IMG/VR virus record: IMGVR_UViG_2595698868_000001 | Span: 1 to 64,000 of that record | From: a virus | Taxonomy: Duplodnaviria; Caudoviricetes | Length of the DNA stretch: 64,000 nt | Strand: one strand, 5' to 3' | In this document: positions 57,767-64,000 of the stretch, piece by piece | Layout of the letters: each line of letters opens with the position of its first letter | How positions within the stretch are numbered: the stretch's first letter is position 1 | Translations under genes and position numbers: made by a program | Notes under the pieces: generated by a model | Database searches by the model: none | What the model saw: only the letters and a program-made list of their open reading frames with translations | Told to the model about the DNA's origin: nothing

Positions 57767-58517
57767 GCACTCGGACACCGAGAACTCGCTGCCGAACCTT
57801 GTGCTGGGGCAGATCGCCGTCAACACCCATGACGAGGTGCTGTGGGTGCGTTCTGGTGGTCGACGTACGCCAATCCACTTGCCTTCGGTCCAACGAGCCA
57901 TGCCTTATGATGGGCAATCTGGCGCCCCACTCGTTTCGACGGGCAGCGGCTCGCAATGGGACCCACAACTGGCCCCTGTCGCGGTTGTGGATGATGCGAT
58001 CAAGGTTGACCTGCCGCCGGCGGCCGGCTTCATGGGCGTGCCCGGTGTCCAGATCAGTGGCCTTGGACCGGACCGAACCTTGCCCGTAAATTCCGTGCAG
58101 ATCGAGCCGTTTCAGGTTCGATCGGATCAGATCACGGTGACGTCCATGGCTTTCGCCGTGCGTACGGCCGGCGCAGGCGCGGTTCGTATGGGGATTTTCG
58201 ACGCGGACGACAATCGTCTCTTGAATCAGCTTTTCAGCACGCCCGCTCAAGGCGTTAACTCATTCAACTTCAACTTGGTCCTGCCCCGAGGGCACTATCG
58301 TGCTCAACTGTGGAATGCCACCGCCACGGACTTTGCGGTGGCAACCGGCATCCAGACGGATCAAGGCTGGCGGGTGGTTGGTTCGGATTTGCAGTTCGTG
58401 CGCAGCAGCGAAGGCTCCGTCAACCAGAGTAGCGGCTTGGTGCCGATCGCCGGCACGCCGCGTTTGTCCCTGGTGCCCGGCGTCGACAAGACGATGCTGA
58501 TGCGCTGGCATCTCTAA
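57750..58517 (+). CDS. Putative fibre-associated protein
   Basis: PNL..GQIAVN..D..LW motif; terminator follows. Confidence 0.75.
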   Translation: MSIQNKHSDTENSLPNLVLGQIAVNTHDEVLWVRSGGRRTPIHLPSVQRAMPYDGQSGAPLVSTGSGSQWDPQLAPVAVVDDAIKVDLPPAAGFMGVPGVQISGLGPDRTLPVNSVQIEPFQVRSDQITVTSMAFAVRTAGAGAVRMGIFDADDNRLLNQLFSTPAQGVNSFNFNLVLPRGHYRAQLWNATATDFAVATGIQTDQGWRVVGSDLQFVRSSEGSVNQSSGLVPIAGTPRLSLVPGVDKTMLMRWHL

Positions 58518-58519
58518 AC

Positions 58520-58562
58520 GAAAAACGCCGCCCCATGCGTGATCCTAGGGCGGCGTTTCTTC
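58520..58562. terminator. Intrinsic terminator
   Basis: AAAAACGCCGCCC...GGGCGGCGTTTCTT. Confidence 0.7.
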
Positions 58563-58756
58563 CGATTTGGGCTCCCTGTACGGCCGAGAACCTCGCCTGA
58601 GTTAATCACACCGTTGGCGCGTCCTTTCCTTCGTCTGTTGCGTTGATGTCGCCGATTGGTCGACGATCAAGACGTAGCCAGTGGGGCGCCGTCTGTCAAC
58701 TCTTGGCGCGCCGGTTTTCTTGACACTGTAGGTTGCTTCGGCTACCCTTCACGATC

Positions 58757-59038
58757 ATGTCTACTGAACGAGTCTATTCGCCGGATAACGAGCCGTTCGA
58801 CGTCACGCCGAACCGCGCCGCGTACCTGCGTCTGGAACGTGGTTGGACCAAGACTCCCTTCGAGCGCGTCGCTGTGCCTGAAGTGACCCCCGCGCCGGTG
58901 TTCGACGCGGATGCGGAAATCGAAATCGAACCCATCGCCGCGCCGGCTCCCGCGCGCGGGCGAGGTCGTCGGCGCCGGGCTGTAGAAGCCGTGCCGGCAG
59001 ACGTGATCGCTGATCACGACGAAAGCTGGCGTAGCTAG
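58757..59038 (+). CDS. Hypothetical protein resembling 41961 (short N-domain, RGRGRRR)
   Basis: VYSPDNEP vs IYGPNGPE; promoter motif at 58709. Confidence 0.7.
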   Translation: MSTERVYSPDNEPFDVTPNRAAYLRLERGWTKTPFERVAVPEVTPAPVFDADAEIEIEPIAAPAPARGRGRRRRAVEAVPADVIADHDESWRS

Positions 59039-59169
59039 TTCTACCGCGCTCGGCGCGCACCCTCACATCAAACCTGATCGTGTCGACGGTACCCTTGTGT
59101 CGTCTTTGGCTCAAGTATTCGTACTTCTGAGAGCGGAACTTTATTGCTTGTCGCACAGTAATAAGCCCT

Positions 59170-59220
59170 TGAAAATAAATAGAAAAAGATATTGACCGCA
59201 CACTTCGCAGTGTGTATAAG
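59170..59220 (+). promoter_or_regulatory. Strong sigma70 promoter for the tRNA cluster
   Basis: A-rich UP element, TTGACC-N17-TATAAG. Confidence 0.8.
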
Positions 59221-59239
59221 GTCTTCATCGAAAGTGAAT

Positions 59240-59325
59240 ACGGGAATTCCAGAGCGGTCAAATGGGCTGGTCTCCAAAACCAGCGGCGCAAGCCTTCGGG
59301 GGTTCGAATCCCTCTTCCCGTGCCA
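59240..59325 (+). tRNA. trnW: tRNA-Trp(CCA) with long variable arm
   Basis: ACGGGAA/TTCCCGT stem, loop CTCCAAA, TTCGAAT, G73-CCA. Confidence 0.85.
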
Positions 59326-59335
59326 CCTCTAATAC

Positions 59336-59412
59336 GCGTCTATAGTATATTGGTCTGATTACCCTTCGTTGCCAACGAAGAGAGGCGGGTTCGATTCCCG
59401 CTAGACGCTCCA
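59336..59412 (+). tRNA. trnG: tRNA-Gly(GCC)
   Basis: Cloverleaf, loop TTGCCAA, CCA end. Confidence 0.9.
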
Positions 59413-59416
59413 ATTC

Positions 59417-59490
59417 GCGTCCGTAGCTCAATGGTAGAGCAATGGGCTTCCACCCCGTGGTCGTGGGTTCGATCCCCACCGGACGCTCCA
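59417..59490 (+). tRNA. trnG: tRNA-Gly(TCC)
   Basis: Cloverleaf, loop CTTCCAC. Confidence 0.9.
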
Positions 59491-59746
59491 GCTTTTCTTG
59501 CAAGCTGCCAGAAATCCTGTCACCATTCTTTCGTGAACCGGGAAGCCCCTCTGTTCCTCTCTCCGCCCTGGCCGTGCGGATGACGTACATGCGCTCCCGC
59601 CTCTGCTCCCCGCGCCTGTCTTCGGACGGGAAGGCCATATGCCCACAAGGGCGCGCAGGAGTCGTGCGAAGAGGGCGTTGGCGCCGGGCCAGCAGGAGAA
59701 GGCGTTAGGAGCGTCACCCGGCATTTACATCGTTATGGAGCTAGGC

Positions 59747-59941
59747 ATGCACCCCTATTCGCCTCCCACCGATATCGGCCGCACGATCGCCGGCCACGAA
59801 GTCCATCACCTCACCGCTGACTGCCCTCGCAATCACTCGCGCCGCGCCGCCAAGAGGCTACGCCACGCGGCCCGTCAGTACGATCGCCAACTTATTTGTC
59901 AGGAGGTAGCCAATTTTCTTGACGCCTCCCTCGCGGCCTGA
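59747..59941 (+). CDS. Hypothetical protein
   Basis: GGAG RBS. Confidence 0.55.
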   Translation: MHPYSPPTDIGRTIAGHEVHHLTADCPRNHSRRAAKRLRHAARQYDRQLICQEVANFLDASLAA

Positions 59942-60054
59942 TACAAGCGCATCATTATGACGTACCTGATGTCCCTTTACGAACGAGAGGCCCGCCTGGG
60001 CCGAGATACGACCGCCGCTTAATTGCGGCTTTCGTGTCGATGGCCCTTGCTTAT

Positions 60055-60133
60055 GGGGCCTTCGTCTAAACTGGACTAAGGATAGCCGGCTTTCACCCGG
60101 CAGATGCGGGTTCGAACCCCGTAGGCCCTTCCA
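60055..60133 (+). tRNA. trnE: tRNA-Glu(TTC)
   Basis: Loop CTTTCAC, TTCGAAC, CCA. Confidence 0.9.
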
Positions 60134-60148
60134 AGCCATCCTCACTCA

Positions 60149-60223
60149 GGTGCGTTCGTATATCGGTTAATACACCGGACTGTCGATCCGGGAAGACGGG
60201 TTCGACTCCCGTACGCACCGCCA
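60149..60223 (+). tRNA. trnD: tRNA-Asp(GTC)
   Basis: Loop CTGTCGA, G73-CCA. Confidence 0.9.
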
Positions 60224-60236
60224 AGGTTTCGCTGAA

Positions 60237-60383
60237 ATGCCCCTGCAACAAGGCTCCAGCCAAGCAGTCGTTTCGCATAACATCGCCAAGCTGATCGCCG
60301 AGGGTCACTCTCACGATCAGGCTGTCGCCATCGCGCTCGCTCAGGCAAAGCGCAAGAAGTCGCGTAAGACGCGGCGCAAGTAG
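60237..60383 (+). CDS. Small conserved phage protein (48 aa)
   Basis: MPL..GSS...S.NI..L..EG....QAVAIAL; below the ORF-track size cutoff. Confidence 0.7.
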   Translation: MPLQQGSSQAVVSHNIAKLIAEGHSHDQAVAIALAQAKRKKSRKTRRK

Positions 60384-60501
60384 GATCAAGATGCCCGCCG
60401 GCTAACCTCTCTCCTGATGAACGATTTCCAGGAAGGAGGACCCCAAATGGTCTCTCTGTCAGAGCCTGCCTGCTTCTCTGGATCGTCCAGGAGGAGCCAG
60501 C

Positions 60502-60699
60502 ATGGCCCACAATATCCAGCGCGCGAAGCGCATGCTGTCGCTGTCGAACGCGGCACTTCTTCAGGTCATCGCGGGCAAGACGCTCGCGTCGGCCTCCGCC
60601 CGCTTTGAATTGAAGCGTCGCGGCTACGAAGCCGTCCTCACCAAGAAGGGAGGATGGCACTTGGCCCCCATCACTCCCCACAACGAGCCGGCGCTTTAG
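60502..60699 (+). CDS. Hypothetical protein
   Basis: AGGAGG RBS. Confidence 0.7.
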   Translation: MAHNIQRAKRMLSLSNAALLQVIAGKTLASASARFELKRRGYEAVLTKKGGWHLAPITPHNEPAL

Positions 60700-60714
60700 C
60701 GCCGGCTCTTGAGA

Positions 60715-60847
60715 TCACGCCGCCCCGATGGCGTGACCCCGAGCACGCGCCCGATCGCGTGCGGATCGCGCCTGGAAGCCCCCGCCCAGGCGCAAGCGCG
60801 GTGCCCGTCCACCGCGTCCCCGTTTTGGAGTGGTCAAGCTCCAAACG
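60715..60847. ncRNA. Array of five consecutive hairpins, four with CCCG-containing loops
   Basis: Different 7-8-bp stems with loops GCCCCGAT, CCCGAT, AAGCCCCCGC, CCCGTC. Confidence 0.55.
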
Positions 60848-61498
60848 ATTGCGTCCCTTCTTGACTATGTTCGGCGGCCGACATAACGTCGTTCGTAATG
60901 CGGCTGCGCTTCGGCGCGGGCTAAAGGCAGTTCTGGGGGAAGACGGCCCTCGACGTCTTCGGGCGTCTTGCTAGTCGTCTGGACAAACGGGCTGGTGAGG
61001 GGGCGACCGCACTCGACCTCTCCGGTGAGTGACCACCCACAAGTCGCAGGTTCAATTTTCTACTTGCACCGTTCGCGCGGCGTAGCTAGAAGATCGACGT
61101 GGGCCGCCGGGGAGCGGCCTGTCGTGGTTTCGGCCACACAAAGCCCCACCCGGCTCTCCCTACGAATTTTTCTTTGACAGTATTCTTGACACCCGTCTCG
61201 AACTGTGAGAGAAGCAAATCCTCAACGGGCCACAGCGCCCACGTTTTCGCCTTGGATCAGAAGATGACCTTCTCGACGCATAAGCCGAGCACTTTGAAGC
61301 CCGCCACCGGCGCGGCCTCGCTCGCCCATGCGTCCCTTCTGACGCCGGCGACGAGCAAGCCGTCGCTATCACGGTCGCTCTAGGACTCCAGTAGTCCTCT
61401 TCAGAAGCGGCCGGATCACCGCCGCTTCTGCTCTCCACGCTTACACCCCAAAGCACAGCAGACGCGGCCCCTCCAACTCGGGGTTCGTTAACCATCAT

Positions 61499-61576
61499 CT
61501 GCGTGTAGCTCAGTCTGGTTAGAGCGCTCGGTCCGGAGCCGAGGGGTCGTAGGTTCAAATCCTGCTACGCAGACCA
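61499..61576 (+). tRNA. trnP: tRNA-Pro(CGG)
   Basis: Loop TCCGGAG (C33). Confidence 0.85.
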
Positions 61577-61583
61577 AATCAGT

Positions 61584-61658
61584 CAGAGTCTGGCCGAGCG
61601 GCTAGGCACCGGTTTTGGGAACCGGACGAGGCGGGTTCAACTCCTGCGGCTCTGACCA
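61584..61658 (+). tRNA. trnP: tRNA-Pro(TGG)
   Basis: Loop TTTGGGA. Confidence 0.85.
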
Positions 61659-61659
61659 T

Positions 61660-61736
61660 CAGTGTGTGGCGCAGTTTGGTAGCGCGCTTGCTCGGGATGC
61701 AAGAGGTCGCAGGTTCAAATCCTGCTACACTGACCA
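61660..61736 (+). tRNA. trnP: tRNA-Pro(GGG)
   Basis: Loop TCGGGAT (C33). Confidence 0.85.
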
Positions 61737-61742
61737 GTTTAA

Positions 61743-61815
61743 GCTGTCGCGTGTGGATTCACGCCGGCCCCTTGGTATGGGGCAGTAGAAGGTTCAATTC
61801 CTTCCGGCAGCACCA
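61743..61815 (+). tRNA. trnT: Atypical tRNA-Thr(GGT)-like
   Basis: Acceptor, anticodon and T arms intact; no U8-A9 linker. Confidence 0.65.
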
Positions 61816-61820
61816 AGTTC

Positions 61821-61890
61821 GCCGATGCTTCAGGGAAGAAGTGTCTTTCGTAGTGACGCCAGGAGGGTTCGAGTCCTTCCATCGGCACCA
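61821..61890 (+). tRNA. trnT: Atypical tRNA-Thr(CGT)-like
   Basis: GCCGATG/CATCGGC stem, TTCGAGT, CCA; D stem abuts the acceptor stem. Confidence 0.6.
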
Positions 61891-61931
61891 GTTTTAATTC
61901 TTGATCCGAGGAGATCAAATGTAGACAAAAT

Positions 61932-62012
61932 GGATCGTGAGCTTAATTCCGGGTGGCCGGGACCGTCCTCTTAAGTCGAGAGCAAGTGGTTCGACTCCAC
62001 CACGATCCTCCA
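61932..62012 (+). tRNA. trnK: Degenerate tRNA-Lys(CTT)-like
   Basis: Acceptor and T arm intact, loop CTCTTAA, weak anticodon stem. Confidence 0.5.
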
Positions 62013-62018
62013 AAACAT

Positions 62019-62108
62019 GGGTGAGTTCTCCGAGCGGTCGAAGGGGAGTGACTCTTAATCACTTGGACGAAAGTCCCACCGTGGGTTCGAATCCCACCTC
62101 ACCCTCCA
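62019..62108 (+). tRNA. trnK: tRNA-Lys(CTT) with long variable arm
   Basis: AGTGA-CTCTTAA-TCACT; variable arm GGAC-GAAA-GTCC. Confidence 0.8.
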
Positions 62109-62114
62109 ATTTAT

Positions 62115-62202
62115 CCCGGTGTGACGAAGTTTGGTAGACGTGCGAGTTTCAGATACTCGTGTCCGAGAGGGCGGGGAGGTTCGAATCCTCTCACCGGGAC
62201 CA
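62115..62202 (+). tRNA. trnL: tRNA-Leu(CAG)
   Basis: Type II cloverleaf. Confidence 0.9.
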
Positions 62203-62209
62203 AATTAAT

Positions 62210-62296
62210 GCCCAACTGGTCGGAATGGCAGACGCAGGATACTCAAAATATCCGGACCGCAAGGTCGTCCCGGTTCAAGTCCGGGGTTGGGCACCA
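62210..62296 (+). tRNA. trnL: tRNA-Leu(CAA)
   Basis: Type II cloverleaf. Confidence 0.9.
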
Positions 62297-62303
62297 AGTT
62301 TAA

Positions 62304-62391
62304 CGCAGCGTGGCGGAGTCTGGTAGACGCGCCATCTTGAGAGGGTGGTGTCCGAAAGGGCGGGGAGGTTCGAATCCTCTCGCTGCGACCA
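62304..62391 (+). tRNA. trnL: tRNA-Leu(GAG)
   Basis: Type II cloverleaf. Confidence 0.9.
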
Positions 62392-62399
62392 AGTTCTGA

Positions 62400-62474
62400 T
62401 CTGGTGTAGTCGAGTGGTTAAGACGCCGCATTGTGGATGCGGAGGCTCTGGTTCAATCCCAGGCACCAGTACCA
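62400..62474 (+). tRNA. trnH: tRNA-His(GTG)
   Basis: Loop TTGTGGA; U72-A73, no G-1. Confidence 0.85.
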
Positions 62475-62478
62475 ATAC

Positions 62479-62553
62479 GGGGATGTAGCTCAGGGGTAGA
62501 GCGGCTGTTTTGCAAGCAGCGGGTCGGGGGTTCGAATCCCTCCATCTCCACCA
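62479..62553 (+). tRNA. trnA: tRNA-Ala(TGC)
   Basis: G3:U70, canonical. Confidence 0.9.
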
Positions 62554-62558
62554 ACAAC

Positions 62559-62631
62559 GGGGTATGCGCAGGGTCCGCAGGCATCCTTTGCAAGGAAGCT
62601 GAGGTGGGTTCGAGTCCCACATACTCCACCA
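62559..62631 (+). tRNA. trnA: Atypical tRNA-Ala(TGC)-like
   Basis: G3:U70, loop TTTGCAA; abnormal D arm without the 8-9 linker. Confidence 0.65.
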
Positions 62632-62632
62632 C

Positions 62633-62722
62633 GGATGGTGAACCGGTCAGGCGCGCCGGGGCGGTTTCGAAAGCCGAGCGGACCTTCACGGGTTTGGGGA
62701 TCATGCCCTCCGCCATCCGCCA
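62633..62722 (+). tRNA. trnS: Atypical tRNA-Ser(CGA)
   Basis: Long variable arm, G73; T loop ATCATGC. Confidence 0.7.
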
Positions 62723-62726
62723 ACAT

Positions 62727-62816
62727 GGAGAGCGAACCGGACAGCCGCGCCGGGACCGATTGGAAATCGCGTCGGACCTTCACGGGTCTGGGGATGGTGT
62801 CCTCCGTTCTCCGCCA
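62727..62816 (+). tRNA. trnS: Atypical tRNA-Ser(GGA)
   Basis: Long variable arm, G73; T loop ATGGTGT. Confidence 0.7.
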
Positions 62817-62820
62817 ACAA

Positions 62821-62908
62821 GGATGTATGGCTGAGAGGCTGAAAGCGCCCGTCTTGAAAACGGGTCGACCGCAAGGTCGCGGGAGTTCGAATCTCTCTAC
62901 ATCCGCCA
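62821..62908 (+). tRNA. trnS: tRNA-Ser(TGA)
   Basis: Canonical type II. Confidence 0.9.
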
Positions 62909-62979
62909 AATGAGGGTCACGACCTCTCTCGCCTGTCGTGAGCAAATTCAGGGAGGATCGCCCTGGAGCCCGTGTAATT

Positions 62980-63067
62980 GGAGAACAAATCGGCCGGCGG
63001 CCGAGACCGATTGCTAATCGAGTCGGACCTTCACGGGTCTGGGGATGGTGCCCTCTGTTCTCCGCCA
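62980..63067 (+). tRNA. trnS: Atypical tRNA-Ser(GCT)
   Basis: Long variable arm, G73; T loop ATGGTGC. Confidence 0.7.
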
Positions 63068-63096
63068 TATTCAACCGCGAGCAAGGGAGCCGCAAC

Positions 63097-63318
63097 ATGA
63101 CGACGATGACGCAATGCCGACTGGAACGCAATGGCGCGGTCCAAGTCGCCTGGATCGAGTCGAAGTTCGCTAAGCCGACGAAGGTCGTCAAGATCAAGGT
63201 CGACGGCGAATGGGAAGACGGGTGGGTGGTCGCCAAGACCGGCACGACCCTACCGGCCGAAACGGTCCAGAAGCGCGAGCGGGACTTCAAGTCACACCGC
63301 CGCGCCACCGACGTGTAA
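63097..63318 (+). CDS. Small conserved phage protein
   Basis: GGGAG RBS; QC.L......AWI...FA...W.V motif. Confidence 0.75.
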   Translation: MTTMTQCRLERNGAVQVAWIESKFAKPTKVVKIKVDGEWEDGWVVAKTGTTLPAETVQKRERDFKSHRRATDV

Positions 63319-63321
63319 GGG

Positions 63322-63356
63322 AAACGCCCCGGTTGCGAGACCGGGGCGTTCTTTTG
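63322..63356. terminator. Bidirectional terminator
   Basis: AAACGCCCCGGT-TGCGAG-ACCGGGGCGTTCTTTT. Confidence 0.85.
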
Positions 63357-63809
63357 TTAGGCCGTCACGCCGTCAGTAGCGGCGATGACCAGCCATTGAG
63401 TACCGGTCCAGCGCAGGATCACCATCGTGGGCGGCGTAGGCACATGCGCGCCCACCACTCCGAGCGGATTGAATGGTAGGAAAGTCAATTCCTGGTACTG
63501 CTGCGCGTTCCATTGGAACGGCTTGCCCGGCGCCGTCTCCGCCAGATTGAGCGTTTCTGAAAGCGCTCGCAACTTGAACGTGGCTCGATTGGCGGTGTTC
63601 GTGCCAGATTCGAACTGAGACGGCAGCGGCAGTAGACGGACGACAATCTCGTCACCGGGCGATTCGCCCGGCGCGAGCCAGCCGTACAGCGTGACGTCGC
63701 TGTTATGCTCCAGGCGGATATCCACCTGACGCTCGTCGTTGCGGTTGATCACCGGGGCCACGGCGTAATTGGTCGCGGCCTGCGGAATTGAGATCAAGGT
63801 AGCAGACAT
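63357..63809 (-). CDS. Hypothetical beta-rich protein
   Basis: AAGGA RBS before ATG 63809; L.WTGTQW motif. Confidence 0.7.
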   Translation of the reverse strand: MSATLISIPQAATNYAVAPVINRNDERQVDIRLEHNSDVTLYGWLAPGESPGDEIVVRLLPLPSQFESGTNTANRATFKLRALSETLNLAETAPGKPFQWNAQQYQELTFLPFNPLGVVGAHVPTPPTMVILRWTGTQWLVIAATDGVTA

Positions 63810-64000
63810 ATGGTATTCCTTGGTTTGATGGAACCAGACAACGTCGTCCGGCTCAGCTTGTGTAGCGAACATAACCGGAACATGCAAGACCAGAATGGAC
63901 AGAAATTCTGGCGACGCTAAACTGCGCCCATGACTTACCCGATCGCGCCGACCGCCTTTCCTGAGAACCCGTTCAACCCGGCATGGGTAGCTCGCGATTT

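Noticed and set aside
59958-60050. Hammerhead core or tmRNA tag (CTGATG...; short ORF ending TTAA)
   Set aside because: Lacks CUGAUGA/GAAA cores and flanking stems; no tRNA-like domain for tmRNA
1-64000. Integrase, transposase, terminase, rRNA
   Set aside because: No recognisable motifs in this window

Overview
This is the left ~64 kb of a large, GC-rich lytic phage genome. I infer it is a phiCbK-like Caulobacter/Brevundimonas siphophage, from gene order, portal/MCP type, CtrA boxes and an alphaproteobacterial-type tRNA-His. Layout: (1) 1-1.9 kb is a non-coding terminus with several short repeat arrays. (2) ~1.8-17.1 kb is the probable long terminal repeat/early region: ~33 small genes arranged as cassettes behind ~22 copies of a TTAA-N7-TTAA (CtrA-box) promoter and conserved 5' leader hairpins, plus four copies of a promoter-driven non-coding RNA. 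(3) 17.5-19.7 kb on the minus strand holds a major-capsid paralogue with a twin-arginine signal peptide, a LapG/BTLCP-like lipoprotein and three tandem sRNA-like units. (4) The portal gene is followed by ~17 kb of small accessory genes (antitoxin-like, Ntn-hydrolase, HD, DHH, DEDDh, HNH, three FlbD/SwrD-like) and a ~330-nt structured antisense RNA candidate. (5) Scaffold, major and minor capsid come next, then a block of Gly-rich/lectin fibre or head-filament genes including a 2750-aa protein. (6) A cluster of 22 tRNA or tRNA-like genes, many structurally non-canonical, is interleaved with hairpin arrays. All calls are by eye; no database searches or folding programs were run.
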